A DNA stretch of 64,000 nucleotides from an uncultured Gammaproteobacteria bacterium (GCA_964553245.1 CAZKJM010000001.1:145806-209805); one strand, 5' to 3'; counted from the first letter of the stretch, positions 39,730-48,319 are shown. Notes: generated by a model not told the origin, from the sequence alone. A program made the numbers and translations.

Positions 39730-40941
39730 TTATTGGTATGTGTTTATTGTGCTCGTTAGTAATTTATGAAAATTTGTAAATTGTTTTTTAGAAGAAAAAT
39801 TCTTCTGAACTGTTTTTATTCCCGCTTTTACAAATTTATCTCTTAGTGCTTCGTCGTTAATAAGTTTTTCTATTCGTTGAGCAAGAATACTCGCATCATC
39901 GGGCTGGACTAGATAGCCATTGTAAGAATCGCTTATTATTTCTGGTATTCCACCAACTTTTGTTCCTATGACCGGAATTCCGCAACTCATTGCCTCAATA
40001 AATACTTGTCCAAAAGTTTCATTTTCAGAAGGTAATACGAATAAATCAACTTCTTTATAAACACCAGACATTTCTTTAAGCTTAAAAGTTTTTACAATTG
40101 TTTGTTTTTCAATTCCATGAAGTTTTATATACCCCATAAGCATTTCATACGATCCTTCAAACTCCTTCTTTAAAATTTCAGGAGGAACACCTACTGCAAT
40201 CAATAAATATAAATTCGGGTATCTTGTATGGATTTTTGAGAATGTCCTAATTAAATTAACGACTCCTTTTTCGCAAAGTATATTTTTGGTACCTCTTATA
40301 ATTCTTGTTGCGGTCAAAATAATTTTAGAATTATCGGGTATTCCTATTTGTTTTCTTAGCTTGCGTTCAAAATTTAAGCTATTATTAAACTCATGCATAT
40401 TAACTCCTAAATAATGTGTGTCTAAAACATTTACGTCTGTTCCTTTTTGAAAACAATCGCCTGCAACGCTTTGACTAACACAGCTAACTCTACTCCACGT
40501 AAGTTGATTAATAAGCTCTACTTGAAGATCGGATATTGCAAAAGAATGAAGTCTTAGCACTAAAGGAATCTTGTGTGATGCTGCAATCATATTTAAAAAC
40601 AAACTATACACTGCAGGAGGTCCAAACATAATATTTTCCGCACAAATAACATTAATTTTTTGTTCTTTAATAATTTTTTCTACCAGCCCTGCGAATTTTT
40701 CAAATTTTTCGGACATCTCCGTTCGGTGATGAATAATATCGCGCGGTATTGAAAGACTATTGTCAAACAAAATGGTTATCCTTCCGATTTTTTTTGTTTT
40801 ATTTTTACCGATTGTTGGGATCAATAAAAAAATATCAGAATCTAATCGTTCCTTATAATAATTTATAAGATTTGTTATGTATCTTTCGATTCCCCCTACA
40901 CTTTCATACGGAGAATTAGGGCTAATAAATAAAATGTTCAT
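39730..40941 (-). CDS. GT4 glycosyltransferase
   Basis: GGIERY, EKG, FVLPSENETFGQVFIEAMSCGIPVIGTKVGGIPEII. Confidence 0.88.
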   Translation of the reverse strand: MNILFISPNSPYESVGGIERYITNLINYYKERLDSDIFLLIPTIGKNKTKKIGRITILFDNSLSIPRDIIHHRTEMSEKFEKFAGLVEKIIKEQKINVICAENIMFGPPAVYSLFLNMIAASHKIPLVLRLHSFAISDLQVELINQLTWSRVSCVSQSVAGDCFQKGTDVNVLDTHYLGVNMHEFNNSLNFERKLRKQIGIPDNSKIILTATRIIRGTKNILCEKGVVNLIRTFSKIHTRYPNLYLLIAVGVPPEILKKEFEGSYEMLMGYIKLHGIEKQTIVKTFKLKEMSGVYKEVDLFVLPSENETFGQVFIEAMSCGIPVIGTKVGGIPEIISDSYNGYLVQPDDASILAQRIEKLINDEALRDKFVKAGIKTVQKNFSSKKQFTNFHKLLTSTINTYQ

Positions 40942-40942
40942 G

Positions 40943-42136
40943 TTATTCTAAAAAGGTTAAGGCTACGCCTTTTTTTCCCGCTCTACCGGTTCTTCCAATC
41001 CTATGAATATAGTCATCGTAAGATTCCGGAGCGTCGTAATTTATTACATGAGTTACGTTTTCTATATCAAGGCCTCGTGAGGCAACATCCGTTGCTATCA
41101 ATATTTGTACCTCATTATTTTTAAACATCTGCAAAGCCCGCTGCCTTTGATTCTGTGTTTTATTACCGTGAATTGCAACAGCTCTAAAACCTCGTTCAAC
41201 TAAAGAATGAGATAACTTCTCCGCTCCCCATTTTGTTCTTCCAAAAATTAAAACCTTATTATAATTTGCTTGTGCTAAGAGATTATGTAAAACGTCTATT
41301 TTAGATTTTTTATTAGCTATCTTTATTACATCCTGTTCTATGTTGTCTGCGGTTTCCTGTTGTTTTACGCTAACAGTTACCGGATTTGAAACAAAGTTTT
41401 GTAAAATTTCTCTTGTTTTAACATCAACCGTTGCTGAAAAAAATAATGATTGCCTATTTTTTGGAAGGAGAGAAACTATATGCTTTATATCATGTATAAA
41501 TCCTATATCAACCATTCTGTCTACCTCATCTAGCACGATGTTTTGGAAAAGCATTAAGTTTAACGATCTTCTTTCTATTAAATCTTTAAGTCTTCCCGGA
41601 GTGCCAATAACAAAATGGGGATTATGTTTTAATCCGTATGTTTGTCTTTTTATATCTGTTCCACCAATCACTGCAACCGCTTCGAGATTCATTCCTTTTG
41701 CAAAAATTTTAAACTCATCTTTAATTTGAATTGCCAATTCTCTTGTCGGAACAATTATTAAAACTCTTTGATTTCGATCAAGATACGACTTATTGATAAG
41801 CGTAATAAGAAAAGCTGCTGTTTTTCCCGTACCTGTATTGGCAATACCTATAACATCTTTCCCTTCCAGTATTTGCGGTATTACTTTTTCTTGAATAGAA
41901 GTAGGATTTACATATCCATGATCTATAATGTTACGTTTTATTTTATCCACAACGTTATAGTCGGAAAATTTTATTCCTGATGACATTTTCTCTATCTGAG
42001 AGTTTTCCTTTTTTGCTTTCCTAATAAAAAAGCTTGGATCAATCTTTTTTATTCTTCTTCGAGGCCTTGAAGAAAAAGCATGATAATTCTTGCCATTTCT
42101 TCCATGGTTATAATTTTTACGTATTTGATTGTACAT
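40943..42136 (-). CDS. DEAD-box RNA helicase (RhlE/CshA-like)
   Basis: Q motif PTSIQ, ANTGTGKT, PTRELA, TPGRL, DEVD, SAT, ASRGLDI, HRIGRTGRAG. Confidence 0.95.
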   Translation of the reverse strand: MYNQIRKNYNHGRNGKNYHAFSSRPRRRIKKIDPSFFIRKAKKENSQIEKMSSGIKFSDYNVVDKIKRNIIDHGYVNPTSIQEKVIPQILEGKDVIGIANTGTGKTAAFLITLINKSYLDRNQRVLIIVPTRELAIQIKDEFKIFAKGMNLEAVAVIGGTDIKRQTYGLKHNPHFVIGTPGRLKDLIERRSLNLMLFQNIVLDEVDRMVDIGFIHDIKHIVSLLPKNRQSLFFSATVDVKTREILQNFVSNPVTVSVKQQETADNIEQDVIKIANKKSKIDVLHNLLAQANYNKVLIFGRTKWGAEKLSHSLVERGFRAVAIHGNKTQNQRQRALQMFKNNEVQILIATDVASRGLDIENVTHVINYDAPESYDDYIHRIGRTGRAGKKGVALTFLE

Positions 42137-42138
42137 AT

Positions 42139-42396
42139 TTACCTTTCTACTTGAGGTTTTGCCTCTTTTACCGCAATTGAACGACCATTAAGCTCTGAGT
42201 TATTTAATTTATCCATTGCTGTTTTAGCCTCTTGTGGTGTTGTCATTTCAACAAAACCAAAACCTTTTCCAACGCCGGTTGTCCTATCTATAATTACTTT
42301 TGCCGATAAAACTTTACCAATCTTAGAAAAATGTTCTTCAAGCTGCGCGTCTGTTGTTGTGTAATCAAGGCTTCCTATAAATAATTTATTTGTCAT
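42139..42396 (-). CDS. RRM RNA-binding protein (cyanobacterial Rbp-like)
   Basis: RNP2 LFIGSL, RNP1 KGFGFVEM; strong AAAGGAGG SD. Confidence 0.93.
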   Translation of the reverse strand: MTNKLFIGSLDYTTTDAQLEEHFSKIGKVLSAKVIIDRTTGVGKGFGFVEMTTPQEAKTAMDKLNNSELNGRSIAVKEAKPQVER

Positions 42397-42582
42397 TTGA
42401 GTTTTCCTCCTTTCGTTAATTTATTAATGATACGAAAGTAACTCTGCTCAAATGTGAAGTGGTTTTAGGTTTAAGATAGATACGTGTGGAAATGTTGAAA
42501 TATCTTTATCTTTATTTAAAAACTAAATCAGTATATAAGCAGATGTACCTTCGTACGATCTGCAACCCTTTGTATTATACCA
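42394..42582 (-). promoter_or_regulatory. Extended -10 promoter and structured 5' leader of about 170 nt
   Basis: TGGTATAAT at 42574-42582. Hairpin GCAGAT-C-GTAC-GAAG-GTAC-ATCTGC (42539-42563). CATTTGAG/CTCAAATG and CTTTCGT/ACGAAAG pairings cover the AUG and part of the SD. Confidence 0.65.
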
Positions 42583-42682
42583 CGAATATCCCAATTTACC
42601 TAATTATCCAAATCTCGTGCTAAGTATTCTTAATTATCTCTAAGCTTGCAAATGAAACTAAAAAACACTAAGTTTATCGAAG

Positions 42683-42778
42683 TTGCTGGCATTAGTTGAT
42701 GATTTCCGAACTTTTGAATGGAAATATCCCGAGTTGATTAATCAAAAAACAGAACAATACTTACATTTGTTTAATTAA
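42683..42778 (+). pseudogene. Possible C-terminal remnant of a tRNA-targeting recombinase gene (LLALVDDFRTFEWKYPELINQKTEQYLHLFN*), containing an att-like repeat
   Basis: 31-codon frame with no convincing start. GCTGGCATTAGTTGAT (42685-42700) matches 43382-43397 at 15/16. The recombinase link is recalled pattern only. Confidence 0.3.
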
Positions 42779-42780
42779 AT

Positions 42781-43326
42781 TCATTGTCCTCTTAAGAAAA
42801 TTGTTCCTTTTGTATTTTCTGATACTTCATAATCTAAAATCTTCTTAATTTTTTCTATATATTCTTGTGGTTTATCAATGTTATTAAGATATATTTTGTC
42901 TTCCAAAGCAGGACTATATAGAGTTAAAGTGCCATAGTTAAAAATTCTACCTATAAATCCTTGGTCTAAGTCAATTGTTTGAATATGCTGACACGTATAA
43001 GTATTCTCTTTTCTAATAAGAATTCCTCTTTTATGAATTATTTGTCCAGGTGAAACCTCATAATACTCATTTACCCAAGTAAGAGTAATTATTAAAACAA
43101 CAAGAACTTCAAAGAAAATTAACAGTAAAACTATAATTGTGTTTATCGTATAAAGTTGTGTAAATAAATTTTGATTTAAATCTAAGTAAAGTAATGGAAA
43201 TCTTATGAGTATTCTGATTGTTGAAAAAATGAGTATACTAACCACTAGTTTTGATACAAAAGTAAAAACACTACCTCGCAGGAGGATTAGTAATTGTGGG
43301 TAAGATTTTTGTGGGTCCGTCTCCAT
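42781..43326 (-). CDS. Membrane protein with bacterial PH domain (bPH_2-like)
   Basis: Two TM segments, then YEVS...IIHKRGIL...IQTIDLDQGFIGRIFNYGTL; AAGGAG SD. Confidence 0.8.
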   Translation of the reverse strand: METDPQKSYPQLLILLRGSVFTFVSKLVVSILIFSTIRILIRFPLLYLDLNQNLFTQLYTINTIIVLLLIFFEVLVVLIITLTWVNEYYEVSPGQIIHKRGILIRKENTYTCQHIQTIDLDQGFIGRIFNYGTLTLYSPALEDKIYLNNIDKPQEYIEKIKKILDYEVSENTKGTIFLRGQ

Positions 43327-43377
43327 ACATACTCCTTATCCATAATTATACATCGTAATTTATATTAATTGTCAATA

Positions 43378-43421
43378 CGAAGCTGGCAATAGTTGATTCC
43401 GATTAAATCGGAATTAACTAT
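43378..43421. repeat. att-like site: tRNA-Gln 3'-end mimic overlapping a 15-bp inverted repeat
   Basis: CGAAGCTG-N9-GATTC is shared in register with 43946-43967. Inverted repeat ATAGTTGATTCCGAT-TAA-ATCGGAATTAACTAT (43389-43421) has one mismatch. Confidence 0.55.
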
Positions 43422-43432
43422 GTGGAAACTTT

Positions 43433-43915
43433 TTATAACAATTTCCTATACCAAACAACTTCAAATGAATTATTGCCACCCTCAATGTAATATTCTTTTT
43501 CTGTCTCCATTTTTTTATACCCATTTTTCTCATAAAAGCTCTGTGCCATTTTTTGTTGCGTAGATGTCTTTAGCCGCAGTTCCTTTATTTTGCTTTGTTT
43601 TGCTACTTCTTCTAATCTAGACATTATTTTTTGAGCGTAACCTTTTCTTCTATGATTAGGGTGAGTTCTCATTCTTCTTATCTGCCCTATGCCATCTGAT
43701 ATTTTTTTAAATCCTCCAATTGCTACAATTTCATCGTTTACTACTCCAACCAGAAACTCTCCTTCATTAAAATATGTTCCTTTTATGTCTTCAAAATCTT
43801 TTTCCCACGGTCCACTTCTATATCCTATCTCTGAATGGACAGATGCTAATTCATAGAGTTTCTTAACTCCCTCTTTGTCTGAAGTTTTGTATCTTCTTAT
43901 TGTAAAATCGCTCAC
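43433..43915 (-). CDS. GNAT-family N-acetyltransferase
   Basis: IRRMRTHPNHRRKGYAQKIM, AQSFYEKNGY. TGATATAAT lies 7 nt before the GTG start. Confidence 0.9.
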   Translation of the reverse strand: MSDFTIRRYKTSDKEGVKKLYELASVHSEIGYRSGPWEKDFEDIKGTYFNEGEFLVGVVNDEIVAIGGFKKISDGIGQIRRMRTHPNHRRKGYAQKIMSRLEEVAKQSKIKELRLKTSTQQKMAQSFYEKNGYKKMETEKEYYIEGGNNSFEVVWYRKLL

Positions 43916-43950
43916 TGGTGAAATTATATCATTTTGAGGCTAATCCGAAG

Positions 43951-44021
43951 CTGCGGGACTTGGATTCGAACCAAGATAAACGGATTCAGAGTCCGTTGTA
44001 CTACCATTATACGATCCCGCA
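43951..44021 (-). tRNA. tRNA-Gln(CTG), CCA not encoded
   Basis: Acceptor stem TGCGGGA/TCCCGCA; anticodon arm ACGGA-CTCTGAA-TCCGT; T-arm CTTGG-TTCGAAT-CCAAG. Confidence 0.95.
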
Positions 44022-44057
44022 AAGTAAGCTAATTTTACTAAAATTGAAGATAAAAAG

Positions 44058-44426
44058 CTATCTAAACAGTTTTAAAATGTAAGGGGTAAAAATTAGAATC
44101 CCAACAACCACTGAACCGATTGCTGTTACCAAAACCATTCCTGCGGAAACATCTTTGGCAATTTTTGCTTCCAACCTATGTTCGTTTGTAATTAAGTTTG
44201 TCATTTCTTCTAATGCCGTATTTATCATTTCCGAAGAAATCACTAGAAGAATCATTACTCCTAGAATCCCCATTTCAAATGCGTTAACATGGAAATAAAT
44301 AGAAGTAATAATTACCAAAATTGCTGCTACGAAATGAATTCTTAAATTCTGATTACGTTTAAGTGCATAATATATACCTTCGAATGCAAATACAAATGAT
44401 TGAATTAATTTTCTGTTGTTAATCAT
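44058..44426 (-). CDS. dgkA: Diacylglycerol/undecaprenol kinase (DgkA family)
   Basis: SFVFAFEGI, N.RIH, EMINTALE, AKDVSAGMV; three TM segments. Confidence 0.9.
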   Translation of the reverse strand: MINNRKLIQSFVFAFEGIYYALKRNQNLRIHFVAAILVIITSIYFHVNAFEMGILGVMILLVISSEMINTALEEMTNLITNEHRLEAKIAKDVSAGMVLVTAIGSVVVGILIFTPYILKLFR

Positions 44427-45034
44427 ATATACGTACCGTACTCTATTATTTTAGCTGCCATTAAAAAAGTTGCAAGCGTTACTAATGTCCCAAGAATGCT
44501 ACCAAAAACTAGTTCTTTTTTTGTATGTCTTTTAAGGCATAACCTTGACCAAGAAACTAAAGGAACTATCCAAAAAGTTAACCAAAAATAATTTATCCCA
44601 AATAAAATGGTTATCGTAACAATAAAAGCGCACAAAGATGCTAGATGAATACTTGCCTTAATATATTTATTTACAAATGTAAATATAATTATTGCCAAAA
44701 ATATTCCAAGACCAACAATTGAAAGATAGAAAAAAATACCCTTAAAAAACAAGGAAATGGTAAGATAAAAAAATGAAAGCACTAATGCAAAATAGTAGAA
44801 TTCTTCACGTTCTTTCTTTTGCGATAAATCACAATCTGAAAAAATCCCCCTTCTAATCCCTAAATAAATTATTAAAAGACCCACGATGACAAAAAATCCG
44901 GAAAAAAATTGCCACTTCAATGCATAAGAAATGTTTTCTGTTTGTTTATAAACGACAATAAATGGAAGAGAAAATAAAAAGATTACGGGGTTAAAAACAA
45001 GCGATACTATTTTTGCAAATAATTTTTTGTTCAT
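44423..45034 (-). CDS. PAP2-like membrane phosphatase
   Basis: Six TM segments; KASIH and SRLCLKRHT...G resemble PAP2 motifs C2/C3. Confidence 0.6.
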   Translation of the reverse strand: MNKKLFAKIVSLVFNPVIFLFSLPFIVVYKQTENISYALKWQFFSGFFVIVGLLIIYLGIRRGIFSDCDLSQKKEREEFYYFALVLSFFYLTISLFFKGIFFYLSIVGLGIFLAIIIFTFVNKYIKASIHLASLCAFIVTITILFGINYFWLTFWIVPLVSWSRLCLKRHTKKELVFGSILGTLVTLATFLMAAKIIEYGTYI

Positions 45035-46278
45035 TCTAGAGCGTTTTTTATTATCTCTAATGTTTTTTCTCTTCCCAATATCTCTATTGATTCATTTAAT
45101 GGCGGTGTTATTTTTTTACCAGAAACAGCAACTCTTAAAATCATAAAAAATTCGCTGTTTTTAATCCCTAAACTTTTGGCAAGATTCTGCATTTCTTCTC
45201 CAATAACATTCGCTTTCCATTCTTTAATTTTTTTAAGAGCATCAATGATGGACAAAAGTAGATTTTTATATTTTTCTAAATCAATTTCGTAATTTTTAGA
45301 ACTAGTAAAGAAAAATTCACAAATAGGATAATAATCGGAAAGTTTTTTAATCCTTTCTTGAATTAACGGCGTAGTTTTTTCAATAATTTCCTTATCTAAC
45401 TTGTTTTTATAAAATTCATTAATTCTTGCCGATAAATGAGAAACGTCCATTAATCTTATGTATTCCCCATTCATCCAATCAAGTTTTACTTGATCAAATT
45501 TTGGATTTGCAGTATTAATATCCTTTATTTCAAAAAACTTAATCATCTCTTCCAAAGAAATGATTTCTTTGTTATTTTCCGGTGTCCATCCTAAGGTTGC
45601 TATAAAATTAATAATTGCCTCTTTTAAATATCCCTCGGACTTATAATCCAGCGCTGATTTTGCACCATGTCTTTTGGAAAGTTTTCCTTTATCCGGTCCT
45701 AAAATCACCGGTTGATGCGCAAAATCGGGAATCTTCCAACCAAAACTCTGATAAAGAAAAATGTGTTTTGGGACAGAAGAAATCCATTCTTCCCCTCTTA
45801 TTACATTCGTTATTTCCATTAAATGATCGTCTACTACGTTTGCTAAATGGTAAGTTGGAAAACCATCCTGCTTTAGAATTACAAAGTCTTCTACATTTTC
45901 CCCACTAAATTCAATTTTTTTATTACCTACTAAATCTGTCCATATAAAAATTTTTTCGTCTGGAATTTTTACCCAAATAGCGCCATCTTTTTCATAAGCT
46001 ATTTTTTTATTTAGAAGTATTTGCACATGCTCTTTGTAAATTTCCAACCTTTCTGATTGATGAATAATTTCGCCAACCCAATCCAACCCAAGCCATTCAA
46101 GTGAATCTATAATTGCTTTCTCTGCGTCTTTAACCAGTCGCTTCTGATCTGTATCTTCAATTCTCAGCAAAAATTGACCGTTGTTGTGTTTCGCGAAAAG
46201 ATAATTATAAAGCGCTGTTCTTATCGAGCCGATATGCGGAATTCCAGTCGGGCTTGGCGCAAAACGTGTTTTTACCAT
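45031..46278 (-). CDS. gltX: Glutamate-tRNA ligase (compact form)
   Basis: TRFAPSPTG.PHIGS, LRIEDTD, PTYHLANVVDDH, RGEEW, KLSKR. Start moved to MVKTRF. Confidence 0.95.
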   Translation of the reverse strand: MVKTRFAPSPTGIPHIGSIRTALYNYLFAKHNNGQFLLRIEDTDQKRLVKDAEKAIIDSLEWLGLDWVGEIIHQSERLEIYKEHVQILLNKKIAYEKDGAIWVKIPDEKIFIWTDLVGNKKIEFSGENVEDFVILKQDGFPTYHLANVVDDHLMEITNVIRGEEWISSVPKHIFLYQSFGWKIPDFAHQPVILGPDKGKLSKRHGAKSALDYKSEGYLKEAIINFIATLGWTPENNKEIISLEEMIKFFEIKDINTANPKFDQVKLDWMNGEYIRLMDVSHLSARINEFYKNKLDKEIIEKTTPLIQERIKKLSDYYPICEFFFTSSKNYEIDLEKYKNLLLSIIDALKKIKEWKANVIGEEMQNLAKSLGIKNSEFFMILRVAVSGKKITPPLNESIEILGREKTLEIIKNALE

Positions 46279-46332
46279 ATTAAATAGCTTTCTTGCATTG
46301 TACCCCAAATTTAATTTATACTCAATATAAAT

Positions 46333-47379
46333 ATGCCTACGCTAAGCCAAACAACAAAAGAAACGAAATTAATTGCAAGATGGGGAATTATAAGCTTAGT
46401 TTTAATTTTAATTTTATTCTTTGGTATAAAGATTGCCGGTTTTATTAAAGAAGCTTTGTTTCCCACTCCACCCGCTCCTCCAACTGTCAGTTTTGGAAAA
46501 CTAACTCCAATTACTTTCCCGGAAAATAAGAGTATTAAAAGTTTTAGTTATTCTGTAGACACTGTAACCGGAAAATTGCCAAATTTTCCAGACAGAGCAA
46601 AGGTTTTTAAAATGGTAAAGAAAAAATCCGATCTTTTAGCTTTTCAGAGAACAAAAGAAAAAGCCCAAAAATTAGGATTTACAAAAGATCCAATAATGCT
46701 TTCCGAAACAACTTATAAGTGGTCCGATGAAAGTAAACTTCAAAGAATTTTAAACTTAAATACTGTTTCTATGGAATTATCTTTAGATTCGAATTTTTAT
46801 AACGATGAGCAAATCTTATTAGGAAAAAATCTCCCAACGGAAGAAGAAGCAAGGAAAATTTCCGAAGATTTTTTAAATGAAGTTTCTATGCTTCCAGAGG
46901 ATATTGATTTAGAAAAAACAAAAACTACGCTTTTCACATTAAAAAATTATGCATTAATCCCGGCAACAAGTTACGCTGAATCAAGGGTTATTCAAGTGAA
47001 TTTTTTCCAAAAGAACATTGACGAAAAACCTGTTTTTTATAAAAGTCCATACACGCCAAATATTTCGGTTTATATTACGGGAGGAGAAAGAAATAAAGAA
47101 GTTGCAAAAGCCAACTATTTTTATCAGGAAATTTCTAATGAATCAGCAACTTATCCTATTAAAACGGCTAAAGAAGCCCTAGAAGAATTAAAAAATGGAA
47201 AAGGATATTTTGTACAAATTCCACTAGATAAACAAGAAATTAATATAAAAGAAGTTATACTAGGATACTATCTTGAAGATAAGAATCAAGATTATTTAAT
47301 GCCAATAATTATTTTTAAGGGAGATAATGAATTTTACGCGTACGTATCTGCCGTCAGGGACGAATGGCTAAATAATTAA
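46333..47379 (+). CDS. Hypothetical membrane-anchored extracytoplasmic protein
   Basis: One N-terminal TM segment, Pro-rich PTPPAPPT linker, domain of about 290 aa. 3' end overlaps the convergent gene by 26 bp. Confidence 0.75.
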   Translation: MPTLSQTTKETKLIARWGIISLVLILILFFGIKIAGFIKEALFPTPPAPPTVSFGKLTPITFPENKSIKSFSYSVDTVTGKLPNFPDRAKVFKMVKKKSDLLAFQRTKEKAQKLGFTKDPIMLSETTYKWSDESKLQRILNLNTVSMELSLDSNFYNDEQILLGKNLPTEEEARKISEDFLNEVSMLPEDIDLEKTKTTLFTLKNYALIPATSYAESRVIQVNFFQKNIDEKPVFYKSPYTPNISVYITGGERNKEVAKANYFYQEISNESATYPIKTAKEALEELKNGKGYFVQIPLDKQEINIKEVILGYYLEDKNQDYLMPIIIFKGDNEFYAYVSAVRDEWLNN

Positions 47380-48319
47380 CATTTCCCGAAATAAGATTTG
47401 CAATTCTTAATGTATCGTCAAACCTATCCTTGCTGTCCATAACTACCATTATAATTTTTTTTTGTTTTTCACCATTATAAGCAAAAACTGGTTCTAATTT
47501 TGAACTTACCAAAACCTGACCGGCACCGTTCGTAAAACCTGTTTTAACTCCGTTTATTCCATTTACTCCCAAAAGCTTGTTTAAATTATCTACATAATAG
47601 GCGTATTGCCCATCAATACTTGTAAATACTTTACTTTTAGTTGAAACAATCTTTGCTAAAATAGGATTATCCAAGGCAATTATTGCCAGCCTTGCCAATT
47701 CTTTTGGAGTTGTATAGTCACCTTCATCAATAAGTCCGGCAGGATCAACAAAATGAGTATTTTGTAAATTCCATTTTTGGGCATTTTTGTTCATTTTTTC
47801 AATAAATTTATCCTGACCTCCTTCGTAATTTTGCGCTATCGTTAATGCTGCATCGTTTCCCGAAGGAAGAAGCATTGCATACAAAAGACTCTCGAATGTA
47901 ATTTTCTCTCCGACAGTTAAACCTATTAGCGCTCCTTCATCCGTTGCTGTTTTCACAGTCAAAATATCGTTTAAATCGTAAATTTCAAGCGCGGTTAATG
48001 CAGTCATTATTTTTGCCGTGGATGCTGTGGAAAAACGAAGATTTGAATTTTTTTCATATAAAATTACTCCTGAATCGGCATCCATTACCAATGCTCCTCT
48101 TGCGCTAATACCTGGATCATAAAAATATTTAAATTCAGGATAAGAAGAAATATTTATCTTTCCTACTGGATTTTTAAAAGGTTTTATTTTGTGTATTTCA
48201 ATTGCTAAATAAGAATTAGTAATTAGTAACGCTAAAAAAACTGCTATTGAAACTGAAGTTAAAGTAATTTTAAAAACCTTAGGCGAAACTTTATTTTTTA
48301 AGTTTTGAAAACCTTTCAT
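47354..48319 (-). CDS. D-alanyl-D-alanine carboxypeptidase (peptidase S11)
   Basis: SxxK (STAK), SxN (SGND), KTGFT; N-terminal TM segment. Confidence 0.92.
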   Translation of the reverse strand: MKGFQNLKNKVSPKVFKITLTSVSIAVFLALLITNSYLAIEIHKIKPFKNPVGKINISSYPEFKYFYDPGISARGALVMDADSGVILYEKNSNLRFSTASTAKIMTALTALEIYDLNDILTVKTATDEGALIGLTVGEKITFESLLYAMLLPSGNDAALTIAQNYEGGQDKFIEKMNKNAQKWNLQNTHFVDPAGLIDEGDYTTPKELARLAIIALDNPILAKIVSTKSKVFTSIDGQYAYYVDNLNKLLGVNGINGVKTGFTNGAGQVLVSSKLEPVFAYNGEKQKKIIMVVMDSKDRFDDTLRIANLISGNVNYLAIRP

